64,000 nt of DNA from Octopus vulgaris (Eukaryota), in assembly GCA_951406725.2 (NCBI GenBank), contig OX597819.1, positions 64,480,001-64,544,000 on the forward strand. The letters are read 5' to 3'. The position numbers were made by a program, and so were the translations under genes. Shown one piece after another: positions 27,185 to 41,576 of the stretch. Each line of letters begins with the position of its first letter. Position 1 is the first letter of the stretch. The notes beneath the pieces are model-generated. The model ran no database searches, was not told where the DNA came from, and was given only the letters and a program-made list of their open reading frames with translations.

Positions 27185-27628
27185 TTACACAAATATATAA
27201 ATAAACACATACATACGCATATATACATATACACGTATATACATACGTATGTATGTATGTATGCATGTAAGCATGTATGAATTTGTACAAGCACACAAAA
27301 CACACACAATTTTCATAACTACGTAAGCATTGAAATATTACTAATTTAATCTATTTGAATTATTAATAGAATATCATTTTGACAAGTGATTCGTTTTTGA
27401 GATATTGGCATGTGCTCACAGAATTGCCGATAAGTATATCATTTATGTGTTTATCCTGTTCTTTGAATATTCTTTAATTTTATCTTTGATAATTTCCCTT
27501 CATTCTAATGTTTTATATCACTTAAATTGTTAATTTGTCACCGAATTTTTCTGCTGTATGTGCCTAGTCCGTTCACGTACGAAACCACAGCATTGCTCTT
27601 TATTATAAATTTGTATGTCTAATTCTGT

Positions 27629-27672
27629 CCGTCTGAGGATGAATCTTACCATGCATTCAGAAATATCAGCGT
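27629..27672 (+). ncRNA. Decayed minimal HHR-like motif
   Basis: CTGAGGA-TGAAT-cttaccatgc-ATTCA-GAAATATC; stem I poor. Confidence 0.3.
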
Positions 27673-28289
27673 CTATTCTTTTCTGTCTGTTTATCTGTAT
27701 ATGCACCTGTCTGTCTTTCTGTCTGTCTCAAAATCCCTCTAACTGAACATAGGAATGAATGTAAGTATGTTTGTATCTATGCATGTATGTATGTATGTAT
27801 TTATGTATGTATGCATGTGTTATGTTATCTACTCACTTCACACTTCTCGACCTGACGTCTATACTTCTCCCTCTATATCTACGTATTGGGCTAGTCCACT
27901 TCATCGTCTTGGGGCGTCCACACAACAGTATGTATATGTATATATACGTACATACATACAAACATACATACATTCTTACAAACATTCGCTCACTGGCTGC
28001 AATCTCAATAGGGATAGGCAAAATACTAAAACAATTCCTAATAGTTTTCAAAACCCTTGCAAACAACAAGCTTCGGGAGCTTTTAACACCACAAATATAC
28101 ATGAGAAAGCGGAAGCCATCGTTTCAATCGTCATAAAGATGTAAAATCGAGCAATGATGAAATGAACTCGAATTCAGGAAGAGGGCAAAATGGATTTACG
28201 GTCATTCTTTTAAAGACATATATGAAAAACTCCTGTTAAACTGCAGTGGAAACTATTTCTCAGTCTCATTACCTGTTGCGTGTTTCTGA

Positions 28290-28450
28290 GAACATTTATT
28301 AAAAAGGGTTTTCCTATGTTCTGTTCATGAAGCAGGATGGAGTGCAGATGCTGAAAATTATAGGTCTATTTCTCTGACTTCACATGTTAGGAAAGATGAA
28401 AATATCTTGCTGACATGAACGCAGCATCGATAAAAGATTAGGTATTTGGT
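28290..28450 (+). pseudogene. CR1-like LINE RT fragment
   Basis: ENYRSISLTSHVRK, matching the NYRPISL motif. Confidence 0.65.
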
Positions 28451-28545
28451 TGATAATAATGAAAGAAGTGTAGGAAAACCAGTGCGTGTTGCTTTCCTTT
28501 CATAATCATATCCCTCTGAGGTATCAACAACACGAACAAATATAT

Positions 28546-28697
28546 AGCTGTGTGGCAAGAAGCTTGCTTCCCAACCACATGGTTCTGGCTTCAGTCCCAC
28601 TGCGTGTTACCTTGGGCAAGTGTTTTCTACTATAGCCTCGGGCCGACCAAAGCCTTGTTAGCTGGTTTGGTAGGCGGAAATTGAAATAAATCCGTCG
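28546..28697 (+). mobile_element. SINE family A head
   Basis: gctgtgtggcaagaagcttgcttcccaaccacatggttc...ggcggaaattgaaataaatccgtcg. Confidence 0.8.
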
Positions 28698-28699
28698 TT

Positions 28700-29375
28700 T
28701 TTCAAGTCTTTCTCCTCCCTCTCTCTCACATTTCTTTGCCTTTCTTACTCACTTTGCACTTCACTATGTCCCTATCTCCCTCTTTTTTTCTCACCACTCC
28801 TTGATTCTTCCGTCTATCTATTCCTACACACTTTCTCTCGCTCTCTCTTCCTCTTCTTCCCCTCCTTAATTCCTTTGTTCTTCTTTTTCTCTTTTCTCTT
28901 CTCACGTGACCGTTGGTCGACTACTAGCCCTTTTTGTGTCTGACCACGGTCACTGCCACATCGATATTTTTCCCTCTACCGTAAGGCTTCATTTCCACAA
29001 ACGCCAGCTAAATTCAATTCGTCTGCAGACGAAAGACGCCTGTTTTTATGTCACGTTATTATTATTATTGTTTTTTATTGTATGTTTGTATTTATATTCG
29101 TGTAACATCGTCTATTTTTCCGTCCTTTTTTGGTATACATTCGATGCTTCTTTCCAAGGAATCTAATGCTCTTAGCTTAGTTTTTCCTTGGGGCTGGCCA
29201 GATTGGAGCAACCTCAAGATTAATCAGCCGAATTTGCGAGGATGATCCGGTTCTTGACTGAAGATAAAAGTCCGTGTTTTTTTTTTTGTATCGGCTATCT
29301 GGATGTTTTGTTGTCCCTTTTTGTATCACCTAGTTGTCCGGATGTTTTGCGCTCTTGTCCCATTTTGTATTTTAT
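28700..29375 (+). mobile_element. CT-rich TA-terminated repeat (putative PLE 3' region)
   Basis: 29280-29370 is the reverse complement of 55980-56072; ends in (TA)n. Confidence 0.5.
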
Positions 29376-29654
29376 TATATATATATATATATATATATAG
29401 GGTGGGGGTATAAGTGCAAATGTAAAATGAACCGCATCAACAAAATAACCCCCAAAATATCTAAAGAGATATTCTGTTGGATTACTTTGTTGATGTGGTT
29501 TCTTTTATACTTGTTATTATATGTATCTCTTTTAATATTTTAATTTGCATTGATTTCCCAATTGTAATACAAATAAAATGGACCAGACATCTTTTAAACT
29601 TTTCTTCTCCATTTTCCTTTTATTGACTTCTTAATTTTATGAGACTGTTTATTT

Positions 29655-32004
29655 CAGTTGTTCTCAAAAGATGCGCGCCAGCAGATATCTAGGTACGCCC
29701 TGAGATTTTCCAAAGATGTCCATTGCTATAGAAATAATTAAATGCATATCTACTATCTTATATTATACAATTACCTTACGGATATACCGGTATTTCCGTC
29801 AACACAAAATTATAACAACAGCACTCTTCTTTGCAGCGAACAGCTAGATTCAGGCCTTCAAGCAGGTTCGATACGCGTTGCGAACACGTTTCAAAAGAGA
29901 TTTGAACGACTCTGCAACAGTTAAGCTAGCGGCTGTTTGGCACTTGCAGTCGGTGTTAGCAGACATTGTGTTTTAAGTGTGTTAAAGAGGCGTTCAGAGT
30001 GGAAGTTTTGTTATTTTCACTTGCACAAAAGTAAACCCATACAAAATGAATAGGTTTCTTATTAAAAAGAAGCGTGATATTGATGAATGTGAGCCTAGAA
30101 GTGAGCAAAATTTAAGTGAAGCAAGCTGTTCAAATAAGAAACTGAAACCGCATTCTATTCGCAAGTACGATGTAAGTTATTTAAGATTTGGTTTCACATG
30201 GACTGGAAGTGAAGTTTACTATGTGGAAATAAAATGTCAAAGGAATCATTGCTGCCTAGTAAACTGAGCTAACATTTAAAGCCTAAACATCCTCATTTAC
30301 AAGATAAATCTAAAAATCATCTTGATTGTCTAAAAAGCAAACTAAAAGCGGCAAATTCGTTCATAAATAAAATGACTGTCTCTGCGAATGCTCAAATCAC
30401 TTCCTACCAAGTCTCAGAACTGATATCACAAAAAATGAAGGCTCATATTATAGGCGAGTGACTCATTTTGCCTGATTGCACAAATGTAGTCTCGTCAATG
30501 ATTGGGAATGAAGGAGCAAAAGAAATAAGCAAGATTCCACTGTTTAACAATACAATTCACAGGAGCATTTTAGAAATATCTTCTGATATCGGGAAAATGT
30601 ATGTAGAAATAAACTTAAGTATTCGCCTCTTGCATTGTAAGTTCATGAGTCAACATACATCACCAACAATTCACAACTCTTAGCATTTATTTGCTTTATC
30701 AATGAGGATCAAATAGCAAATCAGTTTCTTTTTTGCAAAGAATTAAGTGTCACTAAAAAGGAGATGACTTTTTCAGCATTTTGAATACATACATTGATAA
30801 ATGGTAGCCATCATGGAAATCATGAGTGGGTATTTGTACAGATGGAACCCCTTCCATGGCAGGCTATGGTAAGGGTCTCACAGCGTTTGTAATAAAATAA
30901 CAAAATGAGAATGTTATTTTACTGCTTTCTTCATAGAGAGGCCTTGATGGCAAAAACATTACGAGAGAAACTAAAAGAAGTTTTATATCAAGTTGTTCAG
31001 ATGGTAAACTTTATTAAAACAAGACCTGTCAGATCTCGTATATTCGAACAGTTTTGTACCGATATGGATTCTCAACACAAAAGCTACTTTTACACACCGA
31101 AGTAAGGTGGCTGTCAAGAAGAAAAGTACTTACCTGTGTACATGAGCTGCGACACGAACATCTGGCGTTCTTTGAAGAAATAAAACAATCTAATTTGTGT
31201 GACCTCCTTCGTTTTGAATTGCCAGGTTACAGATTTTGGCCGATATATTTCAGCAGCTCGATATTTTAAATACTAGCATGCAAGAGAAAGAAGAAAACGT
31301 TCTAATGTCCACTGACAAAATGAAATCTTTCCAAAGAAAACTTAAGATTTGGAAACGAAAAGCTGTCAAAGGGAATTTGGAAATGTTTGCTTTGTCAAGT
31401 CAAAGTGAAACAGGCATAAATGAAACACTCCCGTTAATAGTTGAGCATTTAGCAAGTTTAGAAGAAAAAGTGAGTTCGTATTTACAATCACTGAAAACTG
31501 AACAATATGACTGGATCAGAAACCGATTCGTGGAAACTTCCAAGGATTTCGAATTAACATTCATAGAATGAAGAACTCGCTGCTATATCTACTGACCGTG
31601 GATTAATGATAAAACACAAGGAAACGTCACTTGAAGCTTTTTGGATTTCTGTAAAACATGAATATGTTTCAATTTCAAAAAGAGCTCTTACAATTTTGCA
31701 GCAATTTTCAAATTCATATTTATGTGAATCAGGATTCTCCACTCTTTCTACTACCAAGTACAAAAAACGCGGAACATGTACATGCATTGAAGAAGAACTG
31801 CGAGTTTGTCATTCGAACATACGCCCAGACATTGAAGAAATTGCCAGACATATCGAGCTAATGTTTCCCATGAACTCAACAAGGAAGAATCTTAAGGTAT
31901 ATGCTATTTTCTGCCATTTAGCTTAGAAATAGGTATATAGTGCGTTCACAATTATTTGTAGGGTTTCAGGAGCTCTCCGACTTCAAACGAGTTCAGAACC
32001 ACTG
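29655..32004 (+). mobile_element. Full-length decayed hAT transposon (Buster/Charlie type)
   Basis: TIRs cagttgttctcaa / ttcagaaccactg; imperfect 8-bp TSD gtttattt / gtttatac with central TA; transposase fragments inside. Confidence 0.9.
30046..31870 (+). pseudogene. hAT (ZBED5/SCAND3/Buster-like) transposase pseudogene
   Basis: RKYDVSYLRFGFT, ICTDGTPSMAG, CFLHREAL, LLHTEVRWLSR, FSNSYLCESGFSTL; multiple stops and frameshifts. Confidence 0.9.
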
Positions 32005-32863
32005 GTTTATACATATATATTAAGGAATTTTTAATCAATATATTTGGTTAAACCCAGTTAGCATCAGGATTATTTTTAACAATCACTTACACGAATATTG
32101 TTTCCTCAGATTCTGTATGTGTGTGTGTGTGTGTGTTTGCATTTGTGTTTGTGTGTGTATGTGTGTGTGTGCGTACGTGCCCTTGTGTCTGTGATTGTCC
32201 CGCATCGCCGCTTGACAACCGGTGTTGGCGCGTTTAAGTCTATATATTAGATGAAATTCGTTCATTCATCCATGGTATGCTTAACCTAGACAAGGAGCAA
32301 ATTAGTGTGGCCAGACGTTGTTGAACAATCCTTAGTATTAATTTCCTTTTTTCCTTTCTTGGCTATTATCATCTATTCATCGTTTTTGTTTTGATAATAG
32401 AGGCCAAATAACTGCTGGAATTCTCTTTCCGGTTTCCATTTAAGCACCCTTATCATGTTATATAAGTAGGAGGATATTCTTTTTTCTGGCTTTCCCATAC
32501 TGCATGGCTGCCTTTCTATTCCTCTTATTCATATCAGTTCCTCCTCCACATCATCGTCATCACATTACCGCTACCATCACCACTATCATCATCATCATCA
32601 TAATGTATGTAATCATCATCAACATTATCAACATTCTCATTATTAATATTCCTTGTATATTATTGTCTTCCACTCATAGGCATCTGAATACCCTCGTTGC
32701 TGGAGATGGAGAAAACTAAAACACTGCTTGCTTCTATTTGTATGTAATTAAAATCATCATAGAAAAATCTATACCTATCTGCCCACCTGGCTGTCTGTCC
32801 GTCTGCCTATCTATTTGTTTACCTATCCATATATCCATATATAAGTGTACATATATGTGTGTA

Positions 32864-32902
<39 letters not shown>

Positions 32903-33054
32903 AGTCATGTATATAACGGTACACATGTAAAGCCCTTACGTAAAGATACATATATATGAGCGTGTGTATATGTATATCGATCTATCTATCTAACTATCTA
33001 TCTATCTATCTATAAATCTATATATCTATCTATCTATCTATATATATATATATA

Positions 33055-33099
<45 letters not shown>

Positions 33100-33384
33100 T
33101 TACACATATATATCTCTCTCTATATATAAGCCTAAATACATACATTTGCTCATATGCCAGTTGGCGCACCACGTTTCTGTCTGAAATCGTTATTGATCAT
33201 TGATAATTGCACAGATCAAGAGGCTAATTGCTGCCCAAAGACATGTTCAGTGTCACGTCCGAAAATCAATTTGTTCGATAATATGAAAGACTAGAGCTAC
33301 ATTCACTTGGCTGTCAATTCTCGCATCTAATGCATTCTTTGTGTGTGTGTGTGTGTGTGTGTGTATTTATATATATACATATAC

Positions 33385-33421
<37 letters not shown>

Positions 33422-33482
33422 CAGACATACATACATACCCACACACATACATACACACATACACAGACACAGACACACACAC

Positions 33483-33567
<85 letters not shown>

Positions 33568-33744
33568 CATACATACATATACACACATATCTCTCTTTAG
33601 AGAGATTTTGATGTGTCAAATTATTTTCTTTGTCTTTTCACTTCAGAATCATTCTCACGACTTAACTGGGGTCACGGTTCTGAGCTAAGAAAACAAATAA
33701 TGTGAGCTTTTGCAGAATATGTTCAAAATATAGTAATCCTTTGT

Positions 33745-33907
33745 ACTAAAGGCACAAGACCAGAATTTTTAAACAGTTAGTTTAAGTCATCCACCCCAGA
33801 AGGATGAAACGCAATGTCGACCGCGGTGGAATTTGAAACTCAGTACGTAAAATCGAAACAACTGTTGCAAAGCATTCTGCCTCCGCTACTAACGGTTCTG
33901 CCACCTT
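33745..33907 (-). mobile_element. SINE family B, degenerate
   Basis: aggatgaaacgcaatgtcgaccgcggtggaatttgaaactcag. Confidence 0.65.
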
Positions 33908-33923
33908 CATTCTGCTGCTGCTG

Positions 33924-33955
<32 letters not shown>

Positions 33956-34039
33956 GCTGCTGCTGCTACTACTACTACTACTACTACTACTACTGCTACT
34001 ACTACTACTACTGCTACTACTACTGATGATGATGATATG

Positions 34040-34220
34040 GTGAAAAATGATTGGTGCCAGTGTGGAGTTAGAACACCTGCATAATTCAGCATTTCTTGGA
34101 ACTGCAAGAATTCTTCGCAGGGTCTTGAAGCATGACCAGTAAACAAGTTTCACCTCAGTCTGCTGACAGTGGACAGCTGACACTTTCACTCATACCAAGC
34201 AAAATAAGTTCTTAGATTTC
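34040..34220 (+). pseudogene. R4/Dong-type LINE extreme 3' end
   Basis: VELEHLHNSAFLGTARILRRVLKHDQ* followed by a short UTR and (AAT)n. Confidence 0.75.
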
Positions 34221-34237
34221 ATATAATAGTAATAAAT

Positions 34238-34296
<59 letters not shown>

Positions 34297-34306
34297 TAAT
34301 AAAAAC

Positions 34307-34339
<33 letters not shown>

Positions 34340-34343
<4 letters not shown>

Positions 34344-34916
34344 GCCCGGATGCAGTATAAATGCCCGGATGCAGTACCAGGCAGTGGCTCTCATGGCTTC
34401 TGATCTTAACTGATTGGAAGTGTTATCACGTACATTGTTTTGTCTTGGTATAAAAGATGGGCTACAGCAAATATTCTGCTCAATACCACAGATTTGCTTG
34501 TCAGTTGTTTGACCTTAACCAGTTGAGCATGTCTCTTAGTGGCTGACGATATGTGCATCTCTGATCACGAGCAGAAGTAGTGGGGGAGCATCATAGCCAT
34601 GTGTTGAGAAGGATTCTTTGGGGTTTGAATAATTCACCTCTGGAAACATGGTTGTTTCGTTCAACGTCCTTAAACAACCCTTATTCAGGGACCTTTTGAG
34701 CGGGATGGGTTACTCGATTTGAAGAAAATTCTAACTGGGCTCCACCTGCAAGGTCATGTGCTGTTTATCTTGATATGAGATCACCATGTCTCGCACATAT
34801 GGTTGTGATGCATGTGCCTGGTGTACCTTTATCAGACGGGTAGTCATGATGGGTATATTGGGCTTCGTATATTTTACCCCAGTGTCACTTTGATGGCATG
34901 CTCTGCTCGCTCACTC
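34340..34916 (+). mobile_element. ~560-bp non-coding element embedded in (AAT)n, apparently complete copy
   Basis: (AAT)n on both sides; 5' aaatgcccggatgcagta duplicated; homologous to 1-310 and 35087-35590. Confidence 0.8.
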
Positions 34917-35000
34917 AATAATAATAATAATAACAATAATAATAATAATAATAACAATAATAATAATAATAACAATAATAATAATAATAATAATAATAAC

Positions 35001-35062
<62 letters not shown>

Positions 35063-35086
35063 TAATAATAATAATAACAATAATAA

Positions 35087-35590
35087 TCAGGCACCAGCTC
35101 TCTTGGCTTCTGATGTTATCTCATTGGAAGTGTTATCATGTACCTTGTTTTGTGTTTGTATAAAAGATGAGCTACAGCAAATAGTCTGCGCAATACCACA
35201 GATTTTCTTGTCAGTGTATTCCATTAGTGGCTGATTATATGTGTAACTCTGATCATGTGATAGAAGTACTAGGTGAGCATCATAGCCGTGTGTTGGGAGG
35301 AATTGTTTAGGGTTTAATAAGTCAATTCTGGAAACATGTTCGTCATCTTCAAACATACCTTATTAAAGATCCTTTCGTGCGGGAGAGACTACTCAAAATA
35401 AAAATTCTAATTGGGCCTCACCTGCAAGGTAATGCGAGGCTTATCTATATATACGATCGCCATGTCACACACATGATTCTGATGCATGTGCCTGATGTAC
35501 CCTTATCAGACAGGTAGTCATGATTGGTATTTTGGGGCTTCGTATGTTTTACCCGTTTCAATTTACTGGCATGCACTGCTCTCTCAATCA
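35087..35590 (+). mobile_element. Second, more diverged tandem copy of the (AAT)n-embedded element
   Basis: caggcaccagctctcttggcttctgatg...ggcatgcactgctctctcaatcaataac. Confidence 0.8.
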
Positions 35591-35699
35591 ATAACAAAAA
35601 TAATAATAGCTATAGCAACTGTTCAGAATTCACACACAATTCCAGGAATTCTGAGGCGAAGGTTTTTATTGATTGGATCGATGGCTACTAACTGTTGAA

Positions 35700-38600
35700 G
35701 CTTTACAGATAAAGTCATCAGCAGTGTAGTGTATGGATTATAGAAATGCAAGAGGACAGCTCAAAAAATATTGCTACAGTAAACACAAAGTGGGACTAAA
35801 ATACTGAAAGATGTATTTACAAAATTTTATAAAATCGTGTATAGTATCTTGGTCTCATTCTTTACACTGGTAACCAATCTGTAGAGTGAAATTCCGATTA
35901 AGCATGAAAGCAAGATTAGTATTGATTGCTACTTGTTGGAAGCATGTGAACGAACCGGGTTTGGTTGCAAGAATATAATGGCTACAAATGCAGGTGATAT
36001 ATTATGGTAAATGTTTGATGGAGGAAAGTAATGAAAGTAGTTTTGACTAACAACAGAAAGATAAGCGAAGTTTATGCTTCACAGTATCAGAACTTGGAAC
36101 AATAAGACCTGAAATCTCACTTATAGATGCCGCTGAGGCAATAGATAGAAGTGTAAGGAATAAAAAAGCAGGTAATTTTCCGTGTATTCAGCATTTTAAA
36201 ACTTATTTTCAAGCAAGGTAGAATTAAAATCCTTTTGTAAGAACATAATGGATTATGCGAAGATCATGAAAGACTGGGAAATATTCTTCAAATCCTGCAA
36301 AAGAAAGATTTTAGAGACTGAATGAGGATTTAGTAATTGTGATAGGTCTAAGCTGGAAAGAAATACCTGAAAACTTAATTAAATTAACCATCGTCAGAAA
36401 AGAAACACTATAACGGAAATTAACAATTTGATGAAAGCAGATAATGCATATAATGTGATGAAATTAAACTTGGTATCATTGTAAGAGGCAGTTGAGCAGA
36501 TAAAACCATAATAGCAGAGGAGAACAGAGAATACAAACATAGGCAGATCCAATGTATGTTTATTACATCGAAGAAATGTAGTTCACTTGAAATTCCAAGA
36601 GATATATGCTGAATTAGGATGAAAATGTAAGATAAAAAGGAAGATGTAAATCTGATAAAAGAGTTGCATCACTAAATATTTTTGGAGGAAAATGTAAATA
36701 TCAGTTGATGCACGCATAAAATGAACTGAATCTGTTATAATCAGTTGAAACGGAATGGAAGATCAATCACAGGTCATATACGATGCAGGAAAGTAAGTTC
36801 TCCAAATAAATTTTGTGAGGGAAATGAAGCATATTACTGAATCTGAATAAATATAAACAGTGAAAGACGAAGAAAAATAGTCAATAGACAGAAAATATGG
36901 TACTTTTCTTATAGGTGATATAAAATAAACAGCGTATTAAAACTGCCACTCGACCAGTCTGATATCTCAGCGACTTTCATTGGTAGTGCGTGAGAAACCT
37001 CATTTCAATGCATATAGACTTAGACCTGAAGGAAAAGAAAAAAAAGCAGTCGGTGAGAATAGGTTCTCAGTATGGATGTCAAATGGAAGTGCGATGTCTG
37101 CGGTAAAAGACTTGTAAAGGTATAATGAAAAAGAAAAGCAAAAGAGTTGAACATGTCGCAGGCAGTGCGTCTACATATATTTTTGTTACTTTAGGAGAAT
37201 TTTTTTTTTTAATGAATCATTTGGCCGCCAGAGAAAAAAAGAAAGTGTAGAAAGGCGGAATTCATTTTAATAATATAATGTAATATTTTCCTGTGTGATG
37301 ATAAATGTTGTAACGGAGGGCTTAGCTTGAGTAACATTGGTATTTGGTTACCATCAAGGTTGTGAAAACAGATTCAGCCGAAAGTATCCGCACGACAGAA
37401 GTTCCAGTAGCCTTTTGGTAATACGCATTAGCTAGTGAAAGAATTTTGTTTGTAGTAATGCTTCATTGCTCGTGACTGTCAGCTACTGTTGTTCCTATTG
37501 TCAATAGTATCTTGTCTCCCGCTATCAGATCGCTATTTAGTGAGCAGTGACCTGATATACATTGTTTCTGTTTGTCTGACTCAGTTTCACTGCTGTTGTT
37601 TGCTACTCTTTCTCTAAGCTGATATTAATAGAAATAAAGGTTGACTGATTTTCTTCCGACTGTTTTTGATCTGTTATGATTTTTCCATTGTCGTTCAAAG
37701 AACTTGATGTTTTAATCATTGACTATCATTGGCTACATTTTCTTGACATCGTTTCATCCGTCACTTGTTTTCACAAGACACAGAAAATTATTCGTCATAT
37801 TTTTGTTGGCGTGACAAATATCGGTTACGTTTCGTGTTCGAAAACCAATACACTCCAAATTAGAATCAGGGTATAAATCTGCTACAGACTCATTGAAATA
37901 AAAAGAAATACAACGATTGTCAAGAACATTTCTGTTCTACATTATGCTTTACTTTCATACATAAATTTTGACTAGAAATATTGCTGATAATTACTGCAGA
38001 ACAGTTAAGTTTATAAATATCTCCTTCTCAATAACAAAATAATACTGAGTGGTCGGAATAGTCATACGAGCCTCGCACAAGTTTTGGTTGCTTTAAATAC
38101 AGTGTATGTTTAAGGTTGGGTCACCAATTATGGATAGAATATATCTAAATTTAGATAATGTGACAGCAAAGAAAATAACTACCTTAGTTGTTGCATATAA
38201 ACAAGACTTGGGAAATTACGTCATCAGGTGAGTGAGTTGAGGAATGTTGAAATAATGGGATTTATTTCCTAGTGAGATTCAATATTGCCAGAGCTGTTTG
38301 TTTATTATATTAAGTGATGTCTTTAGGAATAACGACTATGGAATATGATTTAATAAAAGAAAAAATGCGAATATATTTGTCTACTATTCATGGCTAATCG
38401 TAAGAGGTATGAAAAATGTTAAAGAAGAAATGGATGCAACATTTTAAGAAGAGTGTGCGTTGATGTTCAGAGAAGATAATTTATAACTGATGGTATAGAT
38501 ATAAGTGATGTGTAAGCGATGAAACAATGAATTAATAAGTATATAGGCCTATATTAACAAGAATCGATACGGCAAAAATAAAATGAATTCGATAACGAAT

Positions 38601-39480
38601 ATTTGCAAAGTAGAAGCTAGTTTTAATCTTTTAAAAACGTATGGCAAATACATGATTACAATAATAAGCACGTAGACTCATTGAATAAGGAGTAGATCTT
38701 AGAATGAATGTAAAATATAACATCGTATAGAAAAAGAAAAAAATACGTAATATCTATGCAATCTTCCCGGATCCTGAGGCGAGAATTCTTTTTAATTCTC
38801 AATGGCGAAAATAAAGAAAATATAGCAAAATATGTGTTTGTTATACAAACAAATGATTTATTAAGCATTCTTCAATTGAAGTAAAATATATCACAGAATA
38901 AAATATATGTTTATATAAAAGAACGGTAGAATAGACAGGAAATCTGGATGTATAATTTAGCGTGGTACTTCTTTATAGAATACAAATAATAGGGAATGAC
39001 ACATCATTTGAACGAGTGAAACGATTTTTCCACTAACTTCATTTCTATAACAATATAATATAACAGGAGAGGTGAGTAGGAATGCTTACTCGTCTGAAAC
39101 GGTGGACGAGCGAAATGAAGTAAATCTATTCTGGAGCTCAGCATTCACTAAATTCAGATGTAATGCAGAAGCCTTGATATGCAGATCTCTGAAAACGAGG
39201 AGAACAGTTTGGATAATTGATACGGGTCCACAAGGGGATAGAAGAATGACTGTAAATGGAAAGGAAAATAAGGCGAAATATGAAACGCTGAAGGGATAAA
39301 TATGCACAGTAACGGGAATGTAAATTGTTCATATAATACCCGTAACTGTGGATGCTTTGGTGGACAATAGCAGATAAAATAAAACAGAGATTGCTGAAAT
39401 AGGAATTCAGATCCCGGTAGAACTAATTTCGGAAACGACATTTATAAGGATATCTCAGATTCGAAGTAAATTTGAGGAAA
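35700..39480 (+). pseudogene. Highly degraded CR1-like LINE region, interrupted
   Basis: Purine-rich + strand; weak residual motifs (MDRIYLNL; LFWSSA); boundaries uncertain. Confidence 0.3.
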
Positions 39481-41074
39481 TATAATTGAAGAGAGAGCAC
39501 TGGAGGCGGATTTCATACTTAGTTTTGATTCTCAACAATGCCATCATAAATCTACTGATTTAAAAGGAAGTAGTAGTAGTGGTGGTGGTCGTCGTCGTGG
39601 TAGTATTATTAGTAGTAGCAGCTACATCAGAGTTACAACAATTACAATGGTTTCAAATTATAACACAAGGCCAGCAATTATGGGGGTGGGTAAGTCGATT
39701 ACGTCAATCCCCATTACTCAACTGTTACATATTTTATCGATCCCGAAATCATGAAATATAATCTCGACCTAGGTGGGATTAGAGTTCAAATGTTGAAGGC
39801 CAGCGATATGCTACTAATCATATTTCGGATTTACGTAACAAAACGAATAATGATAATAATATTTGTCTATGGTGGCATCAGAAGTTCATTAACATAACAA
39901 AGAACTAGTCAGATGTTACAACGTCTTAGTTAATATTGGTTTCAAATGTTCGCACAAGCACAGCACTTCCTGGGGAGGGTGTAAGTTAATTATAACGAAC
40001 GCAGGGTCCAGTTTGTACTTATTTTATCGAGACCGACTGGATGAAATGCAAAATTGTTCCGATGTTTTAATTTAGTTGCTGACCGATTGTTCAAATCACA
40101 AACACGTAATCCAACGATATTTCTTCTTGAGAGCTTCTACGACTCTGTATAATACATGGCTGCGTATAGGACACGGTAATTTCTTTATTGACCACCAGGG
40201 CCCTACATAAAAGGGACAACACCAGAACAGACAATACAAATACATAGCGGGGATATAAAACATAGACGGGTGAATGAAAATGGAAATATAATATAATGTG
40301 GATGCAATGGCTACTCGAGCCCCACTCTCGAGGAGTACCATTTAACTTGTTTATTTTCCTTCCAATGTTTATCTGTTTAAAATCACACGAAAATGTCCTT
40401 CTTAATTTCTTTTAAGCATTCTTATATTGCCTCCTCACTCGTCGGCTCTGTTTCTTTTAATTTAACCGGTAGCGTTCTGTATTCCACCATTTTTCTATTT
40501 CTCATATGATTGACATCTTCAGGGGTAGGGGGTCAAATTCAGCCTTGACACCCTCCCTCTCTATTAATTTACTGCTCTTCTTCAGTATATCCATATCCAC
40601 CGTTACCTCCTCAAATTACAGCAGTTTAACGGCGTCTGTACCACTTCCATGGCTTGCTACAGAAGCGTAGCTCCCGGCTCGAGACTGCTCAGCTGTCTGC
40701 ACCACTTCCATAGTTTTTGCACTATTTTCGCCCTTAAATGGAGGAGAAAAAACCACAAGGCAAATAGTACAACAATAAGTCAATAAGTCACAAGGCAAAC
40801 AGTGTAACCACAGGTAAACCCGTTAGGGGGAAATTTGAACAAAAGATAACAAGACTTATCTGAAACAGAATCACGAGTGATTTAACAGAGACTAGGGCGC
40901 ATAACATATGGTTCTGATATCGCCAACACGCATGCGTATTTATACCTTTCAGAACCGTTCATTTATACTCTGACAGGGGTGTTTACATTCCACCACAACA
41001 ACAGGGGACCCAGATGGAAATGTGAACGCAGTGAGTTGATTACTATCATTTTTACAGGAAGTAAAAAATCTCAT

Positions 41075-41395
41075 AGTTTTGGGGAGGGGGCTAGTCGACC
41101 ACGATGTTACCAGTGTTACACTGTACTTAATTTATCGACTCCGAAGGGATGAAAGGCATATAGACATCGGTGGAATTTGAAATCCGAACATAATGACGGA
41201 TGAAGTACCTAGTTCTTTATTGCCCACAAGGGACTAAACATAGAGGGAACAAACAAGGACGGACAAACGGATTAAGTCGATTACATCGACCACAGTGCGT
41301 CACTGGTACTTAATTTATAGGTCCCGCAAGGATGAAAGGTAAAGTCGACCTCGGCAGAATTTGAACTCAGAACGATTCTGCCAGCTCGCCGCCTT
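41075..41395 (-). mobile_element. Two nested SINE family B copies
   Basis: ggatgaaaggtaaagtcgacctcggcagaatttgaactcagaacgattctgccagctcgccgcc; a further copy lies at 41635-41785 beyond the (AAT)n. Confidence 0.8.
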
Positions 41396-41405
41396 AACAA
41401 TAGCA

Positions 41406-41465
<60 letters not shown>

Positions 41466-41503
41466 CTGATAATATGATGATGATGATGATGATCATGATG
41501 ATG

Positions 41504-41576
<73 letters not shown>

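Noticed and set aside
37330-37870. Minus-strand sequence resembling a decayed S/N/E/Q-rich coding region
   Set aside because: Interrupted in all frames and no family recognised.
40100-40830. Minus-strand SYASVAS motif suggesting an L1/Tx1 ORF1 remnant; similar unassigned decayed ORF at 51700-52500
   Set aside because: A single short motif is not enough to assign.
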